This document shows, piece by piece, positions 20,213 through 30,498 of a stretch of 64,000 bases of DNA; position 1 is the first letter of the stretch, and each line of letters opens with the position of its first letter. Position numbers and translations under genes: made by a program. This DNA comes from Ruminococcus sp. GTDB taxonomy: Bacteria; Bacillota; Clostridia; Oscillospirales; Ruminococcaceae. The stretch lies in NCBI GenBank assembly GCA_045594905.1, contig JAZNZK010000015.1:144960-208959 (forward strand), read 5' to 3'. Below the pieces are notes generated by a model. It was not told the origin of the DNA. It ran no database searches and worked only from the letters and a program-made list of their open reading frames with translations.

Positions 20213-21580
20213 TCATTCCGCGTCGCCGAATGTTCTTGCCGCTTTCAGCATAATTGCACACTCAAGACGCTTCTTTTCAAGCTCGCAGGAAATCTTGTGT
20301 GCTGAACGCACATCGCCCATATACTGATAATTATTGGCGTTACAGCCGCCGCTGCAATAGAACTTTGCCCAGCACTTGCGGCACTCAGGCTTGGAGTAAA
20401 CGTGGCAGTTTGCAAAATCCGCTTTCATCTCCTGATTGAAAGTGCCCTCGTCGATATTGCCCATTTTGTACTCTTCCATGCCTACAAACTGGTGGCAGGG
20501 GTAAATATCACCGTCGGGAGTGATTGCAACATAGTCGTTACCGCAGCCGCATCCTCTCAGACGCTTGATTGCGCATGGTCCTTGGTCAAGGTCTATCATA
20601 AAATGGAAGAAATTGAACTTTCCGCCCTTTTTCTCGTTTTCAAGAATACGGTTTGCAAGATTCTCATACTCCTTGAATACTGCGTGAAGCTCCTTTTCAG
20701 TAAGAGCGTATTCGTCTCCCTCGCCTACAACGGGCTCAATGGAAATCTGGTCAAAACCTGCTTCGTACAGCGCAAATACGTCGTTGGAGAAGTCAAGGTT
20801 TTTATTTGTAAAAGTACCTCTTACGTAGTACTCCTTGTCGCCTCTGCCCTCCACAAGCTTCTTATACTTTGGAAGAATCATGTCGTAACAGCCCTGTCCG
20901 TTGGGAAGTACGCGGAAATAATCGTTGATTTCCTTACGTCCGTCTATGGAAAGAACGACATTTGACATCTCTTTGTTGATAAACTCAATCTTGTCATCGT
21001 CAAGGAGAAGTCCGTTTGTTGTGATTGTAAAGCGGAATTTCTTGTTATATTCAGCCTCGCGGGAACGGGCATACTCTACAATCTGCTTTACTACCTTGAA
21101 ATTCATCAGAGGCTCACCGCCGAAGAAATCAAGCTCCAGATTTGTACGGTCTCCCGAATTTTCAAGGAGAAAGTCGATAGCGTGCTTACCTGTTTCAAGG
21201 GTCATAAGCTTGCGTCCCTGACCAAAATCGCCTGTTGAAGCAAAGCAGTATTTGCATCTCAGCTGGCAGTCGTGGGCGATATTAAGGCACATTGCCTTTA
21301 CGGGAGAAGCTACGGAATACTTGGCATACTTCTCGTAATCGTCCTCAGAAAAGAGGATTTTTTCATTGTAAAGCTCTACAATTTCATCATAGCAGGATTC
21401 GATATCTTCCACGGAATACACCTTTGAAAGCTTGTCCACAACTTTCTCAGGACACTTTTCATCAAAAGGCGGCTCAATATTGTCAAGCAGGTCATATGTA
21501 AGTTCATCAACGATATGAACTCCGCCGCTGTTGACATCGAGTACTATATTAAATCCATTTAATTTATACTTATGTATCAT
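20213..21580 (-). CDS. scfB: SCIFF radical SAM/SPASM maturase
   Basis: CQLRCKYC, FFGGEP, CGCG..YPCHQF, CRKCWAKFYCSGGC; adjacent SCIFF peptide. Confidence 0.96.
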   Translation of the reverse strand: MIHKYKLNGFNIVLDVNSGGVHIVDELTYDLLDNIEPPFDEKCPEKVVDKLSKVYSVEDIESCYDEIVELYNEKILFSEDDYEKYAKYSVASPVKAMCLNIAHDCQLRCKYCFASTGDFGQGRKLMTLETGKHAIDFLLENSGDRTNLELDFFGGEPLMNFKVVKQIVEYARSREAEYNKKFRFTITTNGLLLDDDKIEFINKEMSNVVLSIDGRKEINDYFRVLPNGQGCYDMILPKYKKLVEGRGDKEYYVRGTFTNKNLDFSNDVFALYEAGFDQISIEPVVGEGDEYALTEKELHAVFKEYENLANRILENEKKGGKFNFFHFMIDLDQGPCAIKRLRGCGCGNDYVAITPDGDIYPCHQFVGMEEYKMGNIDEGTFNQEMKADFANCHVYSKPECRKCWAKFYCSGGCNANNYQYMGDVRSAHKISCELEKKRLECAIMLKAARTFGDAE

Positions 21581-21651
21581 ACAAACACACTCCTCTAAGT
21601 AAAAAAACAGGGCAGCATAACACTGCCCTTAAAGATTTCTGAAAAATCTTC

Positions 21652-21789
21652 TTATCTCTCGCACTTCTGGTTAGCAACAGTGCATGAAGTCTTGCAAGCT
21701 GACTGGCATGAAGCCTGGCACTTGCCGCAGCCGCCCTTCTGAGCTGACTCCTTAAGATTAGCCTTGTTCATTGTCTTGATATGTTTCAT
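21652..21789 (-). CDS. scfA: SCIFF ranthipeptide precursor (45 aa, absent from ORF track)
   Basis: Hand translation MKHIKTMNKANLKESAQKGGCGKCQASCQSACKTSCTVANQKCER; SD GGAGG. Confidence 0.97.
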   Translation of the reverse strand: MKHIKTMNKANLKESAQKGGCGKCQASCQSACKTSCTVANQKCER

Positions 21790-21827
21790 TACAGAAACCT
21801 CCTTTTTTTCGAAAATAGCTTGTATTT

Positions 21828-21856
21828 ATTATAGCATATCTGCAACTATTTTTCAA
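21828..21856 (-). promoter_or_regulatory. sigmaA promoter of scfAB
   Basis: TTGAAA-17-TATAAT with TG on minus strand. Confidence 0.7.
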
Positions 21857-21945
21857 TAGTTTTTTTTCGCAATCGCAATTTTTGGCATTTCAGACAATTT
21901 ATGACAAAAAAACATGTTGAAATAGCACTACATAGCAAAAAATGA

Positions 21946-23871
21946 TTATTCATCAAGCTCAATCAGCTTTTCAAAATTCTCATCGATTTTTCCCTTTAAT
22001 TCGTCTATTTCGCGGCATTTCGCGTTCATCAGTTCATAATCAGAATATACTTCCTCATGGGTGATTTCCTCGCTTAGAACGTCGATTTTGGCCTGAAATT
22101 CGTCGATTTCCTTTTCCAGACGGCGCATTTCATTTTTACGTGCGGCATCGGCGCTTCTCTGCTGTTTATTGCGGTATGTCTTAGCCTGCTTCTCCTTTGC
22201 GGCTTCGGCGGCTTTTGCAAATTTTTCCGCATCAGCGGCGCGTTTTTCCTCTGCCTGCTCGGCACGTAAAACATCCAGATATTTCTCGAATCCGTAGTTG
22301 TGCTCGCGGTATGAGCCGTCAGTCAGTTCAATAAGCCTGTCAGCGATTTTGCTGAGAAGATAGCGGTCATGAGATACAAATATAATAGTTCCTGTGTATT
22401 CCTCCAGAGCCGTTTCTATAGCCTCCTTGGAGCTCAAATCAAGGTGGTTTGTGGGCTCGTCAAGGATAAGTACATTGCCGTGCTCCTGCATCATAATGGC
22501 GAAACAAAGCTTTGCACGCTCGCCGCCGCTGATTACTCCCGTTTCCTTGAAAACATTTTCACCAACAAAGCGAACCTGCGCTAAAAGATTACGGACTTCC
22601 AAATCAGAAAGTGAGGGATATCGACTGTGGAGCTCCTCCATAACCGTCAACTCACGGTTGAGATTGGTGCTTTCCTGCTCAAAGTAGGATATCTTGATAT
22701 TTGTATTCCAGCGGACTGTTCCCTCGTGGGCGTGAAGTCCCTGTATAATTTTCAGCAAAGTTGATTTTCCTATGCCATTATCGCCGATAATACCGATTTT
22801 TTCGCCTCTGCGAACATCAAAGCTTACACTGTCAACGAGGGTTTTGCGGTTTGCGCCCTCTCCTACAGAGATATCAGTATTCTTGACTTTGAGCACATCA
22901 AGAGGCGGCTCAACGGCATATGTAAACTTGATTTTAGCATGCTTTTCCTCATGGAAAGGCTTTTCAATACGCTCAATTTTTTCAAGCTGTTTTCTGCGGC
23001 TCTGTGCCATTTTCGTAGTGGAGGCACGGACAAGATTTCTCGCCACATAGTCCTCCATTTTGGCAATCTGCTTCTGCTGCTGTTCGTACTCTTTTTCGCG
23101 GCGGGCGGTGTTTTCCTCGCGCTGACGGACAAAGGCTGAATAATTGCCCTTATAGCGTGTAAGGATTCCCCTTTCAATTTCACAGACAGATGTACACAGC
23201 CTGTCCAGAAAATATCTGTCGTGGCTTACAATAAGCACTGCACCGCGGTAATTGCGGAGATAATCTTCAAGCCACATAATCGTTTTGAAATCAAGGTGGT
23301 TGGTCGGCTCGTCCAGAATAAGCAGATTCGGTTCTTCAAGGAGCAGTTTTGCAATACAAAGACGGGTTTTCTCGCCGCCGCTGAAGCCTGATACAGTTCG
23401 TTTCAGCTGTTCGCCCGAAAATCCCATACCGTTGAGGACTGTGCGGATTTTTACGTCAGTATTATAGCCGTCGTTGGCTTCAATCCATGAGGAAAGCTGC
23501 TGATATTCGTCAGCGGAGGAGTTATCCCCCAGCTCAATTTCAAGCTCAATGTCACGGAGACGTTCAATTGCCTTATGTATGGGCTCAAAGACCTTGTTCA
23601 TTTCCTCCATAACGGTACTTTCAGAATCCAGACCGCCCATTTGCTCCAGATAGCCTATGGTTGTTTTTGCGGCAAATGAAATAATACCGTCTTTTTCGCT
23701 GAAACGGTCGGGCTCAACTGAACCTGTTAAAATTTTCAGCAAAGTGGACTTGCCGCAGCCGTTATTGCCCACAAGTCCGATTTTATCATTTTCGTCAATG
23801 GTCAGAGATACATTTGTAAGCACCTGTTTTCCGTTGTAAAATTTGTTTATATTATTAAGGCTGACAAGCAT
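21946..23871 (-). CDS. ABC-F family ATPase
   Basis: Two ABC domains (GNNGCGKST, GDNGIGKST; SGGE; LDEPTNHLD), no TM, coiled-coil tail. Confidence 0.95.
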   Translation of the reverse strand: MLVSLNNINKFYNGKQVLTNVSLTIDENDKIGLVGNNGCGKSTLLKILTGSVEPDRFSEKDGIISFAAKTTIGYLEQMGGLDSESTVMEEMNKVFEPIHKAIERLRDIELEIELGDNSSADEYQQLSSWIEANDGYNTDVKIRTVLNGMGFSGEQLKRTVSGFSGGEKTRLCIAKLLLEEPNLLILDEPTNHLDFKTIMWLEDYLRNYRGAVLIVSHDRYFLDRLCTSVCEIERGILTRYKGNYSAFVRQREENTARREKEYEQQQKQIAKMEDYVARNLVRASTTKMAQSRRKQLEKIERIEKPFHEEKHAKIKFTYAVEPPLDVLKVKNTDISVGEGANRKTLVDSVSFDVRRGEKIGIIGDNGIGKSTLLKIIQGLHAHEGTVRWNTNIKISYFEQESTNLNRELTVMEELHSRYPSLSDLEVRNLLAQVRFVGENVFKETGVISGGERAKLCFAIMMQEHGNVLILDEPTNHLDLSSKEAIETALEEYTGTIIFVSHDRYLLSKIADRLIELTDGSYREHNYGFEKYLDVLRAEQAEEKRAADAEKFAKAAEAAKEKQAKTYRNKQQRSADAARKNEMRRLEKEIDEFQAKIDVLSEEITHEEVYSDYELMNAKCREIDELKGKIDENFEKLIELDE

Positions 23872-23966
23872 AATATCTTCCTTTACACATTAATACTATT
23901 ATGATACCATATTTTTATTTTCCTGTCAACACAAATATAAATGCGGCGTCAGACCATTGCCCGCAC

Positions 23967-23995
23967 TTGACAAAAAGCTGAATTTTTGCTATAAT
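23967..23995 (+). promoter_or_regulatory. Consensus sigmaA promoter of the uptake operon
   Basis: TTGACA-17-TATAAT with TG; divergent TTGACA-17-TATCAT at 23901-23929. Confidence 0.8.
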
Positions 23996-24052
23996 ATACT
24001 ATGTACAATTATGCAGTTTTGCTATGAAGTTTATTTAGAAAGGCGTGAGCTT

Positions 24053-26986
24053 ATGTACGGAAAAAATCCCCTGAAACGTGTTATATCAACAATTATTGCC
24101 GGTCTCGCGCCTCTCTCTCTTTTTAACAGCTCAACCGCTTATGCAGAACTCCACTCTTTTTCGGATTTTAACAGCAATTATTCCGATTTATATTACCCGA
24201 TTTCAACAGAAAATTCAGATATTCCCTCATATAGCCAATACTATGATATGTATTCGGCAGAAAATCGCCCCGATGCTGAAATTTTTCTCAGCGGTACGGA
24301 CTTCTCCCATGCTGAAAACGGCACTTTTTCCACGGGAAGCTACGGCTCAGAGGGAAATATCCGCGACAATGTCTTAATCTGGGAAAGCGCCGAGGGTGTA
24401 CTCTCCTATGATATAACTGTTGCAGAATCGGGTGTATATGCCCTTGGAATCGGCTATTTTCCCATAGAATCCAACAGCAGCCGAATTGAACTTGCAATGA
24501 AAATCGACGGTGAAACGCCCTTTGATACAGCTTCCAGAATTACACTTAATAAAACATGGGTAAATGAACACGACATTTACATAGATTCAAGGGGAAATCA
24601 GATTCGCCCCTCTCAGATTCAGCAGGGTATGTGGCTTGAAACCGTTATCGGCGACAGCGACGGTCTTTTCAATACGCCCCTTTTGTTCTATCTGGAAAAG
24701 GGAACTCATGAAATCAGCTTTACCTCTGAACGGGCGCAGTTTGCCATAGAATATCTGAAATTCTTCACTCCCGAAAAGCTCCCGAATTACGCGGAATACC
24801 GCGGTTCAGCTGATATATCCGACGGCGGCGAAGCCCGCGTTATCCGCATAGAAGCGGAAAATGCGGTGTATAAATCGGACGCGTCACTCTGCCCCTCTGC
24901 TGATAATTCGAGCTATCTTACATCTCCCTCTGACCCTGTAAAAGTGGTATACAACACTCTCGGCGCTGACAGCTGGAAAAAGGCTCTGCAGACGGTTACA
25001 TGGGAAATTCCAGCGGCTGAAACGGGAAATGGCGGCTGGTTCAGACTCGGCATAAAAGCAAAGCAGGATACCATGAGAGGTCTTGCCTCAAATCGCCGTA
25101 TATATATCGACGGAAAAGTGCCTTGCCGTGAACTTGACTGCGTGCAGTTTCCTTATGATAACCACTGGAACAGAATAACTCCACAAACTGAAACAGGCGA
25201 TGATGTATATGTGTATCTGGAGGGCGGACAGGCTCACACTATAACAATGGAATGTGTTCCCGGCGAAATCGGAAACTCTCTCCGACGGCTTGATGACGCT
25301 GTTGCAGAGCTTAACGGCTATTACCGTCAGATTCTGATGATAACAGGTCCCTCTCCCGATAAATACACCGATTACTACGTTCACGAAAAAATCGACGGTC
25401 TTACCGAGGGGTTTGCCCGTCTTTCCGCAGAGCTGAAAAGTACTCAGCAGGAAATTGAAGCTATTACAGGCTCATCCGGCTCGGAGGCGGCGGCTCTTGA
25501 AAATATGACGGTAATTCTTGACAAATGCGTTGATAAACCGCTGAAAATCCCCACATATCTCAATCAGATAAAAAATAATACTGCTTCAATTTCTGCGTGG
25601 ATTCTGGAATACCGCGACCAGCCCCTTGAAGTCGATTATATAGAACTTGCAACGGAAAACGGAGAATTCACAAGCTGCAAAGAAAAGCTGGGTAAAGCAA
25701 TTGGCTTCGGTCTGAAAAGCTTTTTCGGCTCATTCTTTGAGGATTATACAACACTTTCCGATGTAACAGGGGAAGAAGCTGTGGAGGTCTGGGTTGCTCT
25801 GGGACGGGATCAAGCTCAGATTATCAAGGAAATGACAGAAAATGAATTTATCCCCGAATACAATATCCCCATATCTATAAATCTTGTGACAGGAGGCATT
25901 GTGGAGGCCTCTCTTGCGGGAAAAGGTCCTGACGCGGCGCTTTTCCTCGGCGGTGAATTTCCTGTAAATCTTGCAGCCCGTGATATGCTCGTGGATATAT
26001 CACAGTTTCCGGAATTCAACTCAACTGTAACTCAATTCCAGAAAAATGCGCTTACCCCGTACCAGTACAATGGCGGAACTTATGGTCTCCCTGTCAGTCA
26101 GAGTTTCCCTATGATGTTCTACAGAACCGATGTTCTGACGGAGCTTGGCTTTACATCTCCACCTGAAACGTGGACGGAACTTGTTGATATGCTCCCTGCA
26201 ATTCAGCGGAATTATATGAATGTGGGACTTGTTCTGCCGCCTGCAAATATATCCCCTGCGACTGAATCGGGACATACCTTTGCAATGCTCCTGCTCCAGA
26301 AAGGTCAGAACTACTACAACGAGGATTTGACGGAATCCACCTTTGATTCTATCGAAGCTGTTCAGGCTTTTGAGGAATGGACGGATTTCTATACTCAATA
26401 CAGCTTCGACCAGAATTACGACGCTTTCAGCCGATTCAGAACAGGCGAATACCCGATTATTATACAGAATTATACCTTTGCGAATCAGCTTTCGGCGGCG
26501 GCTCCCGAAATTACGGGATTGTGGGATTTCTGCCCCGTCCCCGGAACTGAACAGGCTGACGGTACTATATCCCACGCCGCAAACTCCAGTGGCTCAGGTG
26601 CTGTAATCTTCAAGCAGGTGGAAAATGCAGAAAATGCATGGCAGTTTATAAAATGGTTTACATCTGCCGAAACTCAGGCGGAATATGCCGCACGTACAGA
26701 GGGACTTCTTGGAACTCTCGGCAGATTCGATACCGCAAATATTCAGGCACTTTCTCAGCTTTCATGGTCTGCGGAGGAGCTGCGGCGGCTCTACGCTCAG
26801 CAGGCGGAGCTTGTAGAAATCCCTGTTATTCCCTCCTCTTATGCCGTTACTCGAAATATTATGAACGCTTTCAGAGAAACGGTAAACGAAAGAGAAAACC
26901 CTCGTGATACGCTGATTTGGTACAACCGTGATATAAATGATGAAATTGAACGAAAACGAAAAACTCTTGAAAAATATGGGAATTAA
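24053..26986 (+). CDS. Large sugar ABC solute-binding protein with N-terminal CBM-like modules
   Basis: C-terminal SBP1 (GPD, YGLPVSQSFPMMFYRTD, AWQFIKWFTS); N-terminal beta-sandwich repeats (FYLEKGTHEISF, VYLEGGQAHTIT). Confidence 0.85.
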   Translation: MYGKNPLKRVISTIIAGLAPLSLFNSSTAYAELHSFSDFNSNYSDLYYPISTENSDIPSYSQYYDMYSAENRPDAEIFLSGTDFSHAENGTFSTGSYGSEGNIRDNVLIWESAEGVLSYDITVAESGVYALGIGYFPIESNSSRIELAMKIDGETPFDTASRITLNKTWVNEHDIYIDSRGNQIRPSQIQQGMWLETVIGDSDGLFNTPLLFYLEKGTHEISFTSERAQFAIEYLKFFTPEKLPNYAEYRGSADISDGGEARVIRIEAENAVYKSDASLCPSADNSSYLTSPSDPVKVVYNTLGADSWKKALQTVTWEIPAAETGNGGWFRLGIKAKQDTMRGLASNRRIYIDGKVPCRELDCVQFPYDNHWNRITPQTETGDDVYVYLEGGQAHTITMECVPGEIGNSLRRLDDAVAELNGYYRQILMITGPSPDKYTDYYVHEKIDGLTEGFARLSAELKSTQQEIEAITGSSGSEAAALENMTVILDKCVDKPLKIPTYLNQIKNNTASISAWILEYRDQPLEVDYIELATENGEFTSCKEKLGKAIGFGLKSFFGSFFEDYTTLSDVTGEEAVEVWVALGRDQAQIIKEMTENEFIPEYNIPISINLVTGGIVEASLAGKGPDAALFLGGEFPVNLAARDMLVDISQFPEFNSTVTQFQKNALTPYQYNGGTYGLPVSQSFPMMFYRTDVLTELGFTSPPETWTELVDMLPAIQRNYMNVGLVLPPANISPATESGHTFAMLLLQKGQNYYNEDLTESTFDSIEAVQAFEEWTDFYTQYSFDQNYDAFSRFRTGEYPIIIQNYTFANQLSAAAPEITGLWDFCPVPGTEQADGTISHAANSSGSGAVIFKQVENAENAWQFIKWFTSAETQAEYAARTEGLLGTLGRFDTANIQALSQLSWSAEELRRLYAQQAELVEIPVIPSSYAVTRNIMNAFRETVNERENPRDTLIWYNRDINDEIERKRKTLEKYGN

Positions 26987-27081
26987 AAACAAATATTCTC
27001 TGTTCAAACGGTGATTTACTATCGGACACGGCTCGCCGTGTCCCTACAAAAAAATAATAACTCATAACGAAAGGAGAAACT

Positions 27082-28023
27082 ATGGCACATCTTACAGCCG
27101 AAGAAATCGGCAAACGTACAAAAAAAGAAAAACAGGCAGAGCTGTGGCAGTCCGTGAAGAAAAACAAAGCCTGCTATGCCATGCTTGCTCCTTTTATGCT
27201 ATTTTTCACCGTATTTACCATAATTCCCGTTATTATGTCTCTGCCTATGGGATTTACGGATTTCAACATGGCGCAGGCTCCCGAATTTGTGGGGCTTTCC
27301 AACTATACCGCGCTTTTCCTTTCGGATAAGGTGTTTATCCAATCCATTCGAGTAACCCTTGTGTTCGCTTTGTTTACAGGCCCTGTCAGCTATATTATGT
27401 GTTTTCTCCTTGCGTGGCTTATAAATGAGCTTCACCCTAAGCTGAAAACCGTATTCACACTGATTTTCTACGCGCCCTCTATGGCAAACGTTTACACCGT
27501 CTGGCAGCTTATTTTCAGCGGCGATATGAACGGATATGTAAATTCATTCCTTATGAATTTAGGCATTATAAATGCCCCTGTTCAGTGGCTGACCGATTCC
27601 CGTTATGTTCTGGGAATATGTATAATCGTTCAGCTGTGGATTTCCCTTGGCGCTGGCTTTCTCGCTCTGAGAGCAGGATTCCAGAATATCGACCGCACTA
27701 TGTACGAAGCAGGGGCTATCGAGGGAATCCGCACAAAATGGCAGGAACTCATATATATTGTAATTCCCTCAATGGCGCCGCAGCTTATGTTTGCGGCTGT
27801 AATGCAGATTGTAAGCTCATTTACCGCAGGCACGGCAGCTCAGAATCTTGTGGGATTCCCCAGCACTGACTACAAAGCCCACACAATTATGACTCATGCC
27901 TACGACTACGGCTGGGTACGTTTCGAAATGGGCTATGCTTCGGCAATATGTATGATTCTTTTCCTTGCCATGTTCATATGCAATAAGATTATAAATAAGG
28001 TTCTTGGAAAATATATGGATTAA
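27082..28023 (+). CDS. Carbohydrate ABC permease (MalF-like)
   Basis: FVGLSNY, EAA-type loop YEAGAIEG, MGYASA. Confidence 0.93.
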   Translation: MAHLTAEEIGKRTKKEKQAELWQSVKKNKACYAMLAPFMLFFTVFTIIPVIMSLPMGFTDFNMAQAPEFVGLSNYTALFLSDKVFIQSIRVTLVFALFTGPVSYIMCFLLAWLINELHPKLKTVFTLIFYAPSMANVYTVWQLIFSGDMNGYVNSFLMNLGIINAPVQWLTDSRYVLGICIIVQLWISLGAGFLALRAGFQNIDRTMYEAGAIEGIRTKWQELIYIVIPSMAPQLMFAAVMQIVSSFTAGTAAQNLVGFPSTDYKAHTIMTHAYDYGWVRFEMGYASAICMILFLAMFICNKIINKVLGKYMD

Positions 28024-28089
28024 TTTTCAGCTATCAGCCTATAGCCTTTAGCTAAAGGCTAAGAGTTCAACTAAAAAGGAGGTGGAAGC

Positions 28090-28968
28090 GTGAAAAATAT
28101 CAGCACGGATAAATTAAAAGGTACAAACCGTCAGGCAGGCAGAAAAAAAGGCGGTACTATCGCTATAGGATTTTTTCTTGCAATACTGGGACTTTTTATG
28201 CTTCTGCCTATTTATCTCACCATTGTTATGGCAGTGAAGCCTGTGGAAGAATTGTTTATTTTCCCTCCTCAGCTTTACACTCTCAGACCTACCCTCGATA
28301 ATTTCAGCGATATGTTTGACGCACTCAGAAGCAATCGCGTGCCATTTTCTCGCTATGTTTTCAACTCTGTGGCTGTAACGGTTACTGTTACTGTACTGCA
28401 ATGCTGTTTCGCCTCTATGGCGGCTTTTGTCCTTGCAAAATGCAGATTCCCCGGAAGCAAGCTTATCAACGGAATTATCGTTACATCGCTCCTTTATCAG
28501 AGCAATGTAATTTACATAATGCAATATATCGTTATGTCTAAAATGGGAATAATTGATAACCCTCTTGCGCTTATTCTTCCTGCTGTAGCGTCGCCTATGG
28601 GGCTTTTTCTCATGCGTCAGTCTATAAGTCAGATTCCCGATTCCATGATTGAAGCCGCTAAGGTTGACGGCGCAGGACTTTTCCGCATATGCTGGCAGAT
28701 TGTTATGCCAAATCAGAAGCCTGCTCTCATGACGCTTATAATTTTCGCTTTTCAGGCGGCTTGGAATATTCAGGCAGGCTCTGTGGTGTTTCAGGAGCAG
28801 TACAAAACTTTGCCTACCGTCGTATCTCAGGCGGCGGCTTCGGGACTTGCCCGTGCAGGTGTTGCCATGGCGGCGGCAGTATTTATGCTGATTCCGCCTA
28901 TTGTTGTGTTTATGTTCGCTCAACGTCAGGTTATTGAAACTATGGCACACTCGGGCATAAAGGAGTGA
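28090..28968 (+). CDS. Carbohydrate ABC permease (MalG-like)
   Basis: IPDSMIEAAKVDGAG, 6 TM segments. Confidence 0.93.
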   Translation: MKNISTDKLKGTNRQAGRKKGGTIAIGFFLAILGLFMLLPIYLTIVMAVKPVEELFIFPPQLYTLRPTLDNFSDMFDALRSNRVPFSRYVFNSVAVTVTVTVLQCCFASMAAFVLAKCRFPGSKLINGIIVTSLLYQSNVIYIMQYIVMSKMGIIDNPLALILPAVASPMGLFLMRQSISQIPDSMIEAAKVDGAGLFRICWQIVMPNQKPALMTLIIFAFQAAWNIQAGSVVFQEQYKTLPTVVSQAAASGLARAGVAMAAAVFMLIPPIVVFMFAQRQVIETMAHSGIKE

Positions 28969-28977
28969 GGTGACGCT

Positions 28978-30495
28978 ATGAAAAAATGTACGAAAAAATT
29001 TATAACTGCGGCTCTCTCTCTGATTTTTTGCGGATATACTGCGGTACTTTCAGCATCTGCAAAAGAACCCTATGACGTGTACAACTACGACCGCTGGGGT
29101 GAACCCGTGCCCTCTCAGGCAGGATATACCGCTGAACGCTCGGTTTCGGGCTATGACTTAGGCGTTGGCGCAATGGATTTTCCGTCGGATATTTTTTACG
29201 CTTATGACGGCAATTTCTATATTGTAGATTCGGGAAATAACCGTATTATCGCTGTAAACAGCGATTTTGACAAGGCTGTAAAGGTTTACGAAAGCTTTAT
29301 TATGCCCGACGGTTCAAGAACTCAGCTGAAAAAGCCCTCGGGAATATTCATCTCCGAGGAAAATCAGCTTATATATATCGCAGATACGGAAAATTCCCGT
29401 GTGCTTGTAGCTGACCTTGCAGGCTATGTTGTAAGAGAAATAACAAAGCCTGATTCTGAAATATACGATACTCGCCGCACATTCAACCCTCAGCGCGTTA
29501 TCGCTGACAAGGCAGGAAATGTCTATGTTGTGCTGAATAATATTACTACAGGCGCGGCCATGTTCTCCCCAGACGGCGAATTCACGGGATTCTACGGCGC
29601 TAACCGCGTTCAGCCTACTGCTGAAATAATCGGGGACTACTTTTCAGGACTTTTCATGTCCGAGGAAAAACGTGCAAGACGTACCCGAAACGTCCCCTCG
29701 GGTATTACAAGTTTTGACATTGACGGAGATTTCATCTTCACCTGTACATCTTCCTCAACTCAGAGTACTGATACGGTGAAAAAACTAAACGCGGCAGGAA
29801 AAAATATATTTACCGACGACGAGGTGGTTTTCGGCGATTATTCCCCTATGTATGATACTACTCAGAATACGCTTCTTGCCTCTGCTATTGTGGATATCGA
29901 TATTGCGGAGGACGGCAATATAAACTGCCTTGATACTACTATGGGACGTATTTTCCAATACGACGAGGACTGCAATCTGCTGTTCATCACCGGCACAAAA
30001 GCCAATCAGGTGGGCGGATTCAAGCAGGCGGCGGCTCTGGAATCCTGCGGTGAAAGGCTCTATGTAACTGATACCATGAAAAATACCGTTACCATTTTCA
30101 AGGAAACGGATTTCGGAAAAATCGTCCATAAGGCTTCTGCGCTCCACAATGGCGGATACTACGAGGAGGCACTGAATCCATGGCTTGAAGTCCTTGAACG
30201 TGACGGAAACTATCGCCGCGCATATCTTGGGGTAGCCGCCGCAAAGCTCCGCTCGGGTGACTACGAGGAGGCTATGGAATATGCTAAGATTGCGGACGCA
30301 GGGAAAATATACGACAAGGCTTTTGAGGGTTATCGCATGGACTTCATAAAGCAGAATTTTGAACTGATAATTCTTGTGATTATCCTCAGCACAATTGCTG
30401 TTGCAGGCACTATAAAAAGCCGTAAGGACAAAAAAGCTGCTCTTGCCGCTGAAAAAGCGTCAAAAACTGAAAAAATTGTGGAAAAGGAGGAATAG
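28978..30495 (+). CDS. NHL-repeat beta-propeller protein with TPR and C-terminal TM
   Basis: PSDIF..FYIVDSGNNRI, PSGIF..IYIADTENSRV repeats; helical TPR-like region; TM anchor. Confidence 0.85.
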   Translation: MKKCTKKFITAALSLIFCGYTAVLSASAKEPYDVYNYDRWGEPVPSQAGYTAERSVSGYDLGVGAMDFPSDIFYAYDGNFYIVDSGNNRIIAVNSDFDKAVKVYESFIMPDGSRTQLKKPSGIFISEENQLIYIADTENSRVLVADLAGYVVREITKPDSEIYDTRRTFNPQRVIADKAGNVYVVLNNITTGAAMFSPDGEFTGFYGANRVQPTAEIIGDYFSGLFMSEEKRARRTRNVPSGITSFDIDGDFIFTCTSSSTQSTDTVKKLNAAGKNIFTDDEVVFGDYSPMYDTTQNTLLASAIVDIDIAEDGNINCLDTTMGRIFQYDEDCNLLFITGTKANQVGGFKQAAALESCGERLYVTDTMKNTVTIFKETDFGKIVHKASALHNGGYYEEALNPWLEVLERDGNYRRAYLGVAAAKLRSGDYEEAMEYAKIADAGKIYDKAFEGYRMDFIKQNFELIILVIILSTIAVAGTIKSRKDKKAALAAEKASKTEKIVEKEE

Positions 30496-30498
30496 CAT

